Source: Eledone cirrhosa
Lineage: Eukaryota
Assembly (NCBI GenBank): GCA_964016885.1
Contig: OZ024757.1
Location: 34,534,001 to 34,598,000 of the forward strand
Length of the DNA: 64,000 nucleotides
Direction of reading: 5' to 3'
The first letter of the stretch is position 1, and the number at the start of each line of letters is the position of its first letter. The notes below the pieces were generated by a model. That model did no database searches. It had not been told where the DNA came from and saw only the letters and a program-made list of their open reading frames with translations. Shown in pieces: positions 26,633 through 39,556 of this stretch. A program made the translations under genes and the position numbers.

Positions 26633-26954
26633 CAGGGGTCCTCAACCCTCGGCCCGTGGGCTACATCCGGCCTGTGAAGGGTTTCAATCTGGCCCGCGAG
26701 GTTTCTAAAAAGGGTAGTTTGCAATAAATTCACACCCGATCTATCGATATTGCCGAATAAAACAATATTTAAATGTATTTTTCTGCTTGGGACAGCTCTA
26801 AGTATCAATATTGAATTTAGTTTCAAATCTAACATAAGGGGTAAATAAATGATTATTTATTTGTATATAAGTAGTATTAATTGCGCATCTGGCCCGCGGA
26901 GCCACTGCTGCATGGCTATCCAGCCTGCGGTCCCAAAAGGTTGGGGGACCCCTG
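26633..26954. mobile_element. hAT (Charlie-like) MITE
   Basis: Terminal repeats CAGGGGTCC..CAACC / GGTTGG..GGACCCCTG, exact 8-bp duplication TTTTAAAG on both sides, internal cggcccg motifs. Confidence 0.9.
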
Positions 26955-27890
26955 TTTTAAAGGATGCAGTGTCTGTAGAAGAAATCTGCTGTATTCAGAC
27001 CTGGAGAGGAGTTGGACACCACCAGGTTTAAAAAAGTCGAAGGGCCGCTGTATATCAATACAGCAGCCCTTCGACTCTCTTGGAAGTTACTGGACCACAC
27101 ACACACACACACACACACTGTGGAGGGAGTCAGTACTTCCCTATCCACCCTCACCTTCCTTTTCTAATTTATGTACAAGGCCAGCAATTTGTGGTGAAGG
27201 GAAAGTTGGTTATATCGACACCAGTACGAAACTGATACTTTAATTTATTGACTCCACCCACTTCCTCACAGAAGGATGAAATGCAAAGTCCACCTCGGCA
27301 GGATTTGAATTCCGAATGAAGAAAGTCAGAACAAACACTACATTGGCATTTTTTTTTGGACGCTCTACTGATTCTGTCAGTCTACCAGCCTTTTTATAAA
27401 TCTAATAAAAATATTGGTTTCTAAGTTAGGCACAAGGCCTGCAATTTGTGGGTATGGGGAAGTCGATCACATCAACCCCCCCAGTATGTGACTGGTACTT
27501 TATTTTATCAACCATGGAAGAATGAAAGGCAAAAGTTCACTAGGAACAAAACAAAAAATTTTAAAGCCTGGCTAAATACCATAAGGTGTTTTCTACAGGA
27601 CTAGAGCTGTTCATTCATATGAAATCATCAGGACATTCCATAAGGTATTTTGTCTGATGCTCTACCGACTCTGCCAGTCCCCTGCCTTTAACACACAAAG
27701 TAAATAATAAAGCAACTAAAAAAAAACAAAATAAATTCTACAAGAATGTGGAACGAAGACGAGCAGCTGCTGGTACATTGCAGTGGAATCTGATATATTG
27801 AAAATATGCTAAACATTATATATACACACACACATATATATATATATATAAACACATACAAATATATATATGTGAATATATATATATATA

Positions 27891-27926
<36 letters not shown>

Positions 27927-29109
27927 GTGGTAGAACACTGGTGTGTTATATCCACAGTAGTAGAGCATGCAGTCCACGGGATGAGTTTGGTAGAAACCCG
28001 AGCTAATGGTCCATTGAGGTGAAACAAATTGTCCTCGGAAATGGTGAACTAACTGTTGTGGAACTACTTATATATATATGATGATGATGATGATGATATA
28101 TATATATAAGTAGTATTGGAGTTGTGTCGAGGATAACCACAGTTAAAAAAAGTACTCAATACATTGATAGAGTATAGGCATTTTTCATTTTATATAGAAA
28201 TGTCTTCTACGGGACTAGAACTGTTTCATTTGTATGAAATCATCAGAAATGTCCTGATGATTTCATACATATGAAACAGTTCTAGTCCTGTGGATGTAAT
28301 TTCTCCTGTTCATTATTTTCATGAACAGGATTGACATGCACAGCCATGTTGGAAGTGATATCACAACTGTCAGATGTAGAATCAGTTGGTTGGAGTTTGC
28401 AGATGATGGTGTTACTTAACTTGACAGAAGGTGATCTCCAACTTGCACTTGATAGGTTTGATGCCGAATGCTGCATGGCTGGAATGAAAATCAGTGCTGT
28501 GAAAACTGAGACACACATCCTCTCAAAGAATCCTGCACAGTGCACTCTACATGTGAATGGAATTCCACTGAAGTTGAAGTGTCTTGGGGCTGTGTTCACA
28601 AGTGATGGAAAGCGGGAGGTTTGTTTAAGAGCAAGAATTGCAGGAGCTGGTGCAGTCATGTGCCAGCACTCGGTAGTCAGAAGAATGGAGGTAGGTGAAA
28701 AAACGAAACTCACTACCTTCAATTCAGAATCCTTACTTGGGGTCATGGTTAAATTGGAGATTTGCTTTTGACAGGACCCACAGGAAGGAATGTTTGAGGA
28801 CTCTGCCCCACAATCATCTCGGGAATAAGTGAGTGAAGAAGAATTTTGCCTTTCATCCTTTTGAGGTTGATAAATAAAGTAGCAGTCCAGCACAGACGTC
28901 GACCCTTCCTTGAGAGCATTTTTAGTTAATCATATCTACCCCAATACTTATTTTTTTCAAGTCTAGTACTTATTTTATCGCACTCTTTTTTTTTTTTGTT
29001 GAATTGTTAAGTTACAAGACAAAAACACAGACGCATTCATAAATGTATACACAGACAGACATTCACACTTACACATTCACACACACACATATATATATAT
29101 ATATTAAAG

Positions 29110-29370
29110 TTATATCTGTATAAATAGAGTGTGTAACCGAGACTGCACCAACATATATAAATATAACACCTACCTAATATGTAGCCATGTAAACATGCCA
29201 GAAAATACAAGTTTCCCTTTAATCGATTTTCGGATCTAATTTTCTGGTATGTTTATATGCCTATATATCAGATATGTGTATATATTTATATACGTTGGTG
29301 CAGTCTCAGTTACATACTCTATTTATACAGATACAATTTTATCATACACTTTGGCTGCTAACACACTTCT

Positions 29371-29375
<5 letters not shown>
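29110..29375 (+). repeat. Imperfect fold-back element with tail in (TA)n
   Basis: About 29113-29205 is inverted against 29240-29332. No intact hammerhead core seen. Confidence 0.55.
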
Positions 29376-29413
<38 letters not shown>

Positions 29414-29540
29414 CAAATATATGTATCATCATCATCATTTAACGTCTATCTTGCACGCTAGCATGGGTTTAGATGGGAGCATATATATGTGTGTGTATAT
29501 GTATGTGTGTATATATATATATACACATACATACATAGAC

Positions 29541-29571
<31 letters not shown>

Positions 29572-29582
29572 TACACATAGAC

Positions 29583-29628
<46 letters not shown>

Positions 29629-29644
29629 ACACACATAAATAATG

Positions 29645-29835
29645 AGATTCTGCAGTTTCTGTCTCTGTTCATCTCTGTTGGGAGTCAGGGCTTGGGTTGT
29701 GAAATCTTTACTAGTCGATTCCTTAATGTCATCCACCCATTTCTTGTTCAGACATCCCTACCTTCCTTTCTCCTCAACTGTTCCTTAGAGGATGGTCTTG
29801 GTTAATCCATTAGCTCATATCACATGACCATACTA
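29645..29835 (-). mobile_element. Short decayed non-LTR retrotransposon 3' fragment
   Basis: YGHVI*ANGLTKTIL*GTVEEKGR*G...KKWVDDIKE, an RTE/L2-like C-terminal motif with stops. Confidence 0.65.
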
Positions 29836-29859
29836 TAAGAAAGAGAATTCAAGCTTGTT

Positions 29860-30850
29860 ATAAAAAGCTATAACTTTGTTTATGCAACATGTCATTGAAA
29901 AGTTTCTGTTTTTTATGATGTAATTTGTAAGTTGTGATTTATAAGATGTGTTTCAAAGATGTCTGTCCTACAAGATGTCATTGAAAAGTATCTGTTTTAC
30001 AAGTTGTTATTTAAAGATTTGTTTTACAAGATGTTATTTAGGAATTGTTTTACAAGATGTTATTTAAAGAATTGTTTTTAACAAGATATTATTTAAAGAT
30101 TTCTGTTTTATAAGATTTTATTTAAAGATTTGTGTTTTATAAAATGTTATTTAAAGACTTCTGTTCTACAAGATGTTATTTAAAGAATTGATTTTAACAA
30201 GATTTCTGTTTTATAAAATGTTATTTAAAGACTTCTGTTCTACAAGATGTTATTTAAAGAATTGATTTTAACAAGATATTATTTAAAGATTTGTGTTTTA
30301 TAAGTTGTTATTTAAAGATTTCTGTTCTACAACATGTTAAAGAATATTTTTTAACAAGATGTTATTTAAAGATTTCTGTTTTATAAAATGTTATTTAAAG
30401 ATTTCTGTTTGATAAGATGTTATTTAAAGGTTTGTTTTAACGAGATGTTATTTGAGTTTCTGTTTTATGAGATATGATTCAAAGATTTCTGTTTTGTAAG
30501 ATGTAATTTAAGTTTCTGTTCTACAAGATGTCATTAAAAAGTATCTGTTTTACAAGACGCCATTGAAAAGTATCTATTTTACAAGATGTTATTCAAAGAT
30601 ATCTGTTTTGTAAGATGTGATTTAAGTTTCTGTTTTACAAGATGTCATTAAAAAGTATCTGTTCTACAAGATGTTATTCAAAGATTTCTGTTTTACAAGA
30701 TGTCATTAAAACCTATCTGTTTTAGAAGATGTCATTAAAAAGCATCTGTTTTACAAGATGTCATTAAAAAGTATCTGTTTTATAAGATGTTATTAGAAAA
30801 TATGTTTTATAAGATGTTATTCAAAGATATCTGTTTTACAAGATCTGATT
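29860..30850. repeat. AT-rich minisatellite, about 29-30-bp unit
   Basis: acaagatgttatttaaagatttctgtttt and variants. Confidence 0.9.
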
Positions 30851-31837
30851 CCAGTTTTTACGCAACAAACCAAATACAACATATTATTTTTCAATGGACT
30901 TGAAAAGAAAATTATTAAAAGCCACTCATCTAATCTATTTTGTTAACACCCACTATTTTATCACCTCTTGGTCGACAAATATTTTTATATCTGACATATG
31001 TAACTCTTAATACTTAAATGCCATTAGCATACAACAGCATGGAGAATAGACTTTAAACGGTGATGTTGGTGGTGATGATGGTGGTGGAGATGATAATGAT
31101 GGTGGCGGTGATGATGGTGGTGGTGGTGATGGTAGTGGTGATGATAATGATGATACACCAGTCCTCTCAATTGTTCTCTTCTACCTCTTCCTCTTTTCTA
31201 TCTGTTTTTTTTTTTGTCTTTGTTTGTTGGTTGGTTTGTTTTTGTATTTTTTGTTTTTCTTTGCTTGGCATCTTCTATCCCTCCATCTCACTCACACGTG
31301 TATTTTCTTTCTTTTTCTCTTTCTTTCATTTGCTCTCTCTTTCTTGTTTTCCTTTCTTTTTCACTCTCTCACCTAATACAGAGAGTGGCGGAGATAGATA
31401 GAGGCAGGCAGAGAGGGATACAAAGAGATAGTGAGATATATGGAGATTTATATAGAGAGAGAGAGTTAGAGAGAAGAAGAGAGAGCGATACATAGATAGA
31501 GAGAGGGAGATATAGATAGAGACTGAAAGAGGAGAGAGAGATAGAAAGAGATAGTGAGATACAGATAGAGAGATAGACACAAAGAGGAGAAAGAGAGTGT
31601 GAGATAGAAAGTGAGAAAGAGAGAGAGTGAGAGATTTATTAGAAAGGATAATATCCCATAGACCTATGGCTGCTCAGCACGGAGATTTACCAACAAGATT
31701 TACGGCCGGATATAATCAGTAGTTTTTTTTGTGTGTCCATAAGTGGCTTTATTTAACTGTAGCTGTGAGTGGATTAGTGGCAGAAATCATGTTTATGTCA
31801 CACAAGATGACAAGAATACAAAGATAATTTCATATCA

Positions 31838-32630
31838 TTTGGCAGTATCGGTAGAGGGTCGGACGCCATGCTTTGATGCAAAGAGTTACGGCCCTTACCA
31901 TTCTGAGTTCAAATCCTGCCGAGGTTAACTTTGCCTTTCATCCTTACGGGGTCGATAAAATAAAGTACCAGTAATAATACACTGGGTAATTGCTGGCCTT
32001 GTGCCAAAAGTAGAAACAATTATGTAGAAAAGGGCAGTGGATTGGCAGAATCGGTAGAGGGTCGGATACCATGCTTTGCAGCATAGAGTTATGGCCCTTT
32101 ATGTTCAGAGTTCGAATCCTGACGAGGTTAGCTTTGCCTTTCATTCTTATAGGGTCGATAAAATAAAGTACTAGTAATGCACTGGGGTTGATATAATTGA
32201 CTTTCCCCCCTTTCCCTTCAAATTGCTGGCCTTGTGCCAAATGTAGAAACCATTATATAGAAAAGGGTGGTGGATTGGCAGAATCGATAGAGCGCCAGAC
32301 ACCAGCCTTTGCAGCATAGAGTTATGACCCTTTATGATCTGAGTTCAAATACTGCTAAAGTTGCTTTTGCTTTTCATCCTTATAGGGTCGATAAAATAAA
32401 GTACCAGTAATGCACTGGGGTGATTTATTCGACTTTCCCTTCCTCCCAAAATTGCAAGCCTTGTGCCTAAAGTAGAAACAATTATATAGAAAAGGCAGTG
32501 GATTGGCATTGGACACAATGCTTTGCAGCATATAGTTACAGCCCTTTATGGTCTGAGTTCAAATCCCGCTGAGGTCAACTTTGCCTTTCATCCATTCAAG
32601 GTCAATAATAAAAAGTACCAGTCTAGTACT
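31838..32630 (+). mobile_element. Head-to-tail array of four SINE copies
   Basis: Repeated ggattggcag...gagttc.aat...tttcatcc...gtagaaac units. Confidence 0.88.
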
Positions 32631-33060
32631 GGAGTAGATTCTTCCTCTAAATCTCTTTCTCACTTCCATTTTTTCACTCTCTCTCCTTCTCTAAAAGAAA
32701 TCTACTGGATTAGGAGCTGGGCTTTGCCAGGTTTTTTTTTTTAAACCTAGAAATGCTGTATGTCAATACAGTTCCCCTATGACTCCCTCAGGAATTGCGA
32801 GACCATGCAAGAAATATACTGTATTTAAACCTGGAGAGGAGATGGGCTTTGCCATGTTTTAAAAAAAACCCCTAGAAACGCTGTATGTCAATACAGTTCC
32901 CCTATGACTCCCTCAGAAGTTATGGGACCATGCAAGCATATAGAGAATAACAGGAGTTGTGGATTTGCTATATTTAGTTCCCACACTTTACATTCTGAGT
33001 TCAAATCCAGCTGGGATCAACTTAAGCTGTCATTTTTTGAAATTTCAAAAAAATGACAGC

Positions 33061-33288
33061 TTAACCCTTTAGCATTCACATTACTCTATATATACTATTA
33101 TATTTTCATGGTAAAGGCTTTACCTCGCATAATTATCTCACATGATATCGAATCTATGAAATTTTGAAAGTATTTATTTTGAGAATAAGACCTTAACATC
33201 AGTTTGAGTGACCAGTTACAGCCAGTTTCAACAGAAAGAGGTAGAGAATTCTGGCCGGTTTTGGCCAGTTTGAACATTAAAGGGTTAA
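33061..33288 (+). mobile_element. piggyBac-type MITE (TTAA-CCCTTT...AAAGGG-TTAA)
   Basis: TTAA duplication and CCCTTT terminal repeats. Other copies at 18783-19300, 34354-34581 (inverted), 41336-41540, 51578-52208, 53732-53947, 55958-56167. Confidence 0.85.
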
Positions 33289-34239
33289 GAGCAACAAGTT
33301 ATAATTTTTTAATAATTGTTGTTATTGTTATGCTTATTGCTGTTGTTGTTGCTGTTGTAATTATTGCTGCTGCTATTGTTGTTGTTGTTGTTTCTGCTGC
33401 TAATGTAGTTATTGCTGTTGCTGCTATTGCTGTTGTTATGGTTTCTGCTGTTATTGTTGTTGTTGTTGTTGCTGCTGTGATTGTTGTTTCTGCTGCTATT
33501 GTTGCTGTTGCTGCTGCTGCTGTGATTGTTGTTATTGTTACTGTTACTCTTATTGTTGTTGCTGTTGTTGTTATTATTGCTGTCACACTAATGTTGTTGT
33601 TGCTTCTGTTGTTATTGTTGTTGTTGCGTCTGTTGTTACTTTTGCTGCCATTGTTGTTGCTGCTCCTGCTGTTAGTTTTATCTAAGTCTGATGACGTCAA
33701 AAGACATCAAAGTAACAAAGCTGCAAATCAATCACTCTATCTAACAAATCTCGAGTTCAATAAATCAAAATATCAACAATACCTTACTGTACTTTTCCAC
33801 TCTCTTCTCCATCCCACCCACCTTTCCATACATAATATATTATTATTTCTTTGATAAGGGCGGTGGATTGGCAGTATCGGTAGAGTCAGACGACATGCTT
33901 TGCAGCATAGAGTTATCACCCTTTACTTTCTGGGTTCAATTAACTAGTATCTTATTATTATTATAAAGAAACCATTATTATTATTATTATTAAGGGTGGT
34001 GGATTGGCAGAGTTGTTAGAGCGTCGGACAACATGCTTTGTGGCATAGAGTTACAGTCCTTTACGGTCTGTGTTCAAATCCCGCCGAGGTTAACTTTGCC
34101 TTTCATCCTTACGGGGGTCGATAAAATAAAGTACCCCCTTTCAAATTGCTGGCCTTGTGCCTATAGCAGAAACAATTATTATTTCTTTGATATCTCAGTC
34201 ATTGATGTTATTTAACTGGAAAATTTGCTCTAATGAACA

Positions 34240-35750
34240 TCAAGCTGCTACCTGCAGTCTCAGATATTCAGGATGTATTGGAAGGTCCTTGCTGTTTCCA
34301 GTAGGCATGCCTTTTGGAGTGTTAAAATAAAAGGGGAGCTGGGCTAATGTTCTTTAACCCTTTAGTGTTCAAACTGGCCAAAACCGGCCAGAATTCTCTA
34401 CTTCTTTCTGTTGAAACTGGCTGTAACCAGTCGCTCAAACTGATGTTAAGGTATTGTTTTCAAAATAAATACTTTCAAAATCTCATAGATTCTATATTAT
34501 GTGAGATAATTATGTGAGGTAAAGCCTTTACCATTAAAATATAATAGTATATATAAAATAATGTGAATGCTAAAGGGTTAACCAGCCTTCAAATAGTAAC
34601 TAATGTCCCTATGACAATGGGGATGACCTTGATCTCATGACAGTTCCAAATCCTTTTCAGTTCCCACTTTAAATCCTGATACCGGCTAATTTTCTCTTTC
34701 GCCTGCTCTTGCACTCTTATGTCAAAGGGGCAGGCTACATCTATAATCAAGCAAGATCTTTTTTCCTTGTCAAAAAGCACCAGGTCAGGCCTATTGTGTT
34801 CTAATTTCTTATCTGTCTGTATCCTGAAATCCCATTGCACCATAACCTGATTGTTTTCTATCACCGACTCTGGTTTATGGTCATACCATTTCTCAGAATG
34901 AAGTAATTTGTTCAGTTTGCATAAATGCCATGAAGCGGTTTTCATATCATATCATGCCTCCATCCTTTATAGTGAATCTGGGCTAGGTGTTTATACCCGG
35001 ATACGATGTGAACCACAGTTTCCTCTCTCTCTCCACAGATCCTAAACAGTGGGCTAGCCTCCTCTTTATCAATATGGTGTTTCATCCACTCCATTCTAAG
35101 GGCTTGGTCCTGTGCAGCCTGTAGCTTTCTTAAGGTCCTCTTTCTTTAACCAGTTCCATGTATGCAGATCTCTAAATTCTGTTTTCTTTAAAAAGATGCT
35201 ATGAAAGGCCTTTTCAGTCAGGTTATTCTTCCTCTTTGTTGTTCTTTCTTGGACATCCCCTTATCTATTGTTTGCTCCTTCAATACAGCCTTAAGCATTG
35301 GCTCGTTACTCTCAGACACATATTTGTGTAGATAGCTCTTCTCCATCTGAACACAGTCCTCCAGACTGATTAGACTTCTTCCACCTTCAGATCTCTTTAA
35401 GTAAGTCTATCAGCATCACTCCTCTTGTGGAACATGTTGTAGGTAGTCATTAGCTTCCTAGTCTTTCTATTCATTTCGTTTTGTTCAGTAACATTCCATT
35501 TGGGAATTTCCGCATTGTACCTAATTATAGACACAGCTCAGGAATTTACTACACTTAAGACATTTCTACTATTTAAATGTGATTTTAGCATGTTCCTTAC
35601 TTTCCTTATGTATTCAGATCTTATCAGCTCCTTCATTTTATTGTTCTTGATGTTATCTGCCTCCAGAACACCCAAATATCAGTATCCCTCTTTGGTGTCG
35701 ATCTTCTTTATCATCTCACTCATTACTACCTCGATTATATACCTTTAAAA
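34240..35750 (-). mobile_element. R4/Dong-like non-LTR retrotransposon 3' fragment (RT end, zinc-knuckle remnant, RLE), split by a MITE
   Basis: WYDHKPESVIEN...WDFRIQTDKKLEHNRPDLVL...IIDVACPFD...EKISRYQDL...IPIVIG is a PD-(D/E)xK RLE. Upstream ETVVHIVSG and RHD motifs. C-terminal LQKACLLETAR lies beyond the MITE at about 34260-34320. Confidence 0.88.
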
Positions 35751-36260
35751 ATCACACGTTTAAACATACACTTACACTCACACATATAACGACACTAATA
35801 CACACATTCCATTTTGCATTCTAACTCGTTACCAAGACAACCTAACAGTTTTTTTTTGTTTTCCATCTTCATTTTCGTTTTTTTGTGTCTTTACTGGACC
35901 TTTTTTATGTTCCTCCATTGTGATCCTGTCTCCATATGTATTCCTGAAGAAGGGCTTAAGCCCCACATGGCAAACTTTCTTTCCCCTTTCCAATATAAAG
36001 CATGAAACTAATAAAAGAGTTTTTGTACCTCTGTTTATTGTCTCCTTGATCTATCTATCTATCTATCTATCTACCTATCTATCTATATATATATGTCCAG
36101 TCTGCTGATATGCAAATTTGGCTGATCAGTGGATCTGCTAATATGCAGATCTGACTGATCAGCCAGTCCGTTAATATGCAAATCAGGCCAATCAGTCACT
36201 GTGTATTTTTGAAATTAGTATATATTTTCACTAGCTCTGACAGTTTGGCAGGTGAACAGT

Positions 36261-36310
36261 GAGCTGTACTGATGAAGGGTGATACCCAGAAACATTAGTG
36301 TCTGCAGTTC
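36261..36310 (+). ncRNA. Compact type I hammerhead motif
   Basis: gagctgta CTGATGA a gggt-gat-accc a GAAAC attagt GTC tgcagttc. 8-bp stem I with G-U pairs, GUC cleavage site. Confidence 0.78.
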
Positions 36311-36519
36311 TGTTCACATGCCAACACAAGAGCAAGAATGAAGTGTTCATTCTACTGACATGGCTATAAAATTGAGGCTTGTTTGCATAATTGCAAATGT
36401 ATCGAATGTTATTATTAATATTCGAAAAACTCAGATTACATTTATATATATATGTATATATATAATAATAATAGTAATAAACGAAAGATATAACAACAGA
36501 TTTTTTCTCTACACAGGAG

Positions 36520-37070
36520 AATATATAAAAAGGAGATCAATATTGCCACAGGTACTAAGTACCCCTGGAAATATATAGGGTGTCTATGGTACAGTTGTTG
36601 TTATCCGTTGTTTTACCTAGCTGCTATTTTTAGTGGTGTGATAGACAACACGTCTATGTTTACTTCCGCTTATACTAAGGGCTAGTTCATGTGTAGGTCA
36701 AGTTTACAGCCTCATTCGATCCTGCACTAGCTGGCAGAATGCAATATATTTTGCCGTTGGTGGGACTTTCGTCCAATGTAGGGGAAAATGCTTTCTGAAG
36801 AACCAAACATTTCCATTGGAAGTCCATCGGACTTCCAATCTTTTGTGAGGTGAAACCGTCGGTAAAAGCAAATGGAATGGGTAAATATTTAAATTATATT
36901 TTTTAAATTTATTTTAAAAAGATTGTTTGAATCTTACTTGCTCCGCTTATATCAATTTTATCAATTTTATATCAAATTGATACCATAGAACAACAACTGT
37001 ACCATAGACACCCTATATATTTCCAGGGGTACTTAACACCTGTGACAATATTGATCTCCTTTTTATATTT
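36520..37070. mobile_element. Element with about 80-bp inverted terminal segments enclosing a hammerhead
   Basis: About 36522-36601 is the reverse complement of about 36989-37068. Confidence 0.6.
36789..36870 (+). ncRNA. Type I hammerhead motif
   Basis: tgcttt CTGAAGA acc...(ttggaagtcc atc ggacttccaa)...ggt GAAAC cgtcg GTA aaagca. Perfect 6-bp stem I. Confidence 0.82.
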
Positions 37071-37780
37071 ATATGATGGCTGCAAACTCTGCTAAGTGTA
37101 TTGCAATCGCTTGTCAGATTACAGATTACTTTTAGGCTATGGCCAGCCACATGAACCTGTAACATAACCTGAACAAACACTGCCTGTGCTTTGAAGGTTT
37201 TTTAAGTGGGGAAAATCCTTACACTCGACCAATCCCACTCTCTGAGCATTGAAAACACTATCCGAAAAGGGGAACTGGTCAACATCATCGGATGTTTCCG
37301 ATATATACATATATATATATATATACATATATATACACACACATACACACATATATATAAACATATATATACACATATATATACATATATATATATACAT
37401 ATATATACATATACATGGCTTAGTGGTTAGAGCATTGGCCTTGCAATCGAAGGGTTGTGAGTTCAATTCTCAGACCAGGTGATGTGTTGTTTCCTTGAGC
37501 AAGACACTTTATTTCATATTGCTCCAGTTTACTCAGCTGTAGAAATGAGATGATAGGGACTGGGGTCCCTATCATTCCACTGCAAAGTGGTCGTGTAGGT
37601 GCCACGGCAAAAAAGCACCCAGCACTCACTGTAAATGAGGTTGGTGCTAGGAAGGGCATCCAGCTGTAGAAGTCAAGCCAGAATCAGTTCCCGTCCCACC
37701 CTTGCAAGCAGGGAAAAGCGGACGTAAAATGAAATGATGATGATGAATGATGATGATATACATATATATACATATATACC

Positions 37781-37841
<61 letters not shown>

Positions 37842-37929
37842 TCTAATTGGTTGGGTTCAAATTTGAATAGTTCAGACTTAATGAAATTATTGATTGAGGA
37901 AACAACCAAAGCTGTGTCCATTCTATTTG

Positions 37930-37962
<33 letters not shown>

Positions 37963-37981
37963 AGTATGTATATATATTGAG

Positions 37982-38051
<70 letters not shown>

Positions 38052-38196
38052 GGCATATATAATATATATATATATATATGTAATATATAGGCATATATAA
38101 TATATATATATATATGTAATATATAGGCATATATAATATATATATATATATATATGTAATATATAGGCATATATAATATATATATATATATATATA

Positions 38197-38253
<57 letters not shown>

Positions 38254-38364
38254 CATATATATAATATATATATATATACATATATATAATATATATATAT
38301 ATATATATACATATATATAATATATATATATATATACATATATATAATATATATATATATATAC

Positions 38365-38402
<38 letters not shown>

Positions 38403-38405
<3 letters not shown>

Positions 38406-38786
38406 GATATTAAATAAATGGAAACTATATTTATAAAACCATATTTATTTCATTATATATATTTCAGGGATATCATATTAACAATATGCTATGCCTTCCT
38501 CAGACAAAATACAATATAAACAGTTTTATAGATAAATAGATTTGACATACCGTACAACATCGACTTGTATTTGAAAAGTTGAATGTTTATATTGTATTTT
38601 GTCTGAGGAAGGCATAGCATATTGTTAATATGATATCCCTGAAATATATATAATGAAATAAATATGGTTTTATAAATATAGTTTCCATTTATTTAATATC
38701 GTAAATATACTCCAAATACTTGTCGAGTGCTTTTATATCAGTTATAAATATTTACTAGTTGTAACCCAACAATTTAAATATAACTT

Positions 38787-38790
<4 letters not shown>
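38403..38790 (+). mobile_element. Penelope-like fold-back remnant in a long (TA)n tract
   Basis: Arms about 38403-38522 and 38584-38703, a hammerhead in each, then a unique tail. Confidence 0.68.
38597..38658 (+). ncRNA. Type I hammerhead motif (AUA site)
   Basis: ttttgt CTGAGGA agg..cct GAAAT atat ATA atgaaa, then AATAAA. Mirror copy on the minus strand at 38448..38509. Confidence 0.72.
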
Positions 38791-38847
<57 letters not shown>

Positions 38848-39211
38848 CACCACAGAAAGTAAAGCAAAAAATAAAAACATAAAAAAAATTTGTAAAACAA
38901 AAAAATATCTACAAATAATATTAAAACATTGAACCGAAAATGATATTTAAAATATAGACCTACATAGCTAGCTAGCCAGTGGATTATCTGTGAGGATGTG
39001 AGCGATTATTTCCGTGTGAAAAGGCGATTTGTTGAAAATGATTAAAGTGTCAGCTTATGCTAACTTTTCTATTCAGAGTCAACAACTTTTTCCTCTTTAT
39101 CAGCAAAAGTTAGAATGAGATTTATTTATTTATTATCTTTTTTTTTCATTTTATTTTATTTTGGTTATGTTTTATTCGTTCTATTTTTTGTTTTACAGAG
39201 AAATCAAAAAG

Positions 39212-39556
39212 TCTTCTTTTTCTTCTTCTTCCTCTTCTTTTTCACCTCCTCCTCCTTCTTCCTCTTCTTTTTCACCTTCTCCTTCTTCTTCCTTTTCACC
39301 TTCTCCTCCTTCTTCTTCTTTTTCACCTTCTCCTCCTTCTTCTTCCTTTTCACCTTCTCCTCCTTCTTCTTCCTTTTCACCTTCTCCTTCTTCTTCCTCT
39401 TCTTTTTCACCTTCTCCTCCTTCTTCTTCCTCTTCTTTTTCACCTTCTCCTCCTTCTTCTTCCTCTTCACCTCCTCCTCCTTCTTCCTCTTCTTTTTCAC
39501 CTCCTCCTCCTTCTTTTTCACCTCCTCCTCCTCCTTCTTCTTCTTCTGCTCCTCCT
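39212..39556. repeat. Complex (TTC/TCC)n expansion continuing the tail of a minus-strand LINE fragment
   Basis: Directly abuts the LINE 3' end at about 39556-39630. Confidence 0.85.

Larger units (their letters stand above)
37756..38845. repeat. Very long (TA)n-dominated tract with embedded inserts
   Basis: Direct observation. Many shorter (TA)n tracts occur throughout the window. Confidence 0.95.

Noticed and set aside
33204-33854. 216-aa hydrophobic ORF resembling a membrane protein
   Set aside because: (GTT/GCT)n microsatellite joined to a MITE end.
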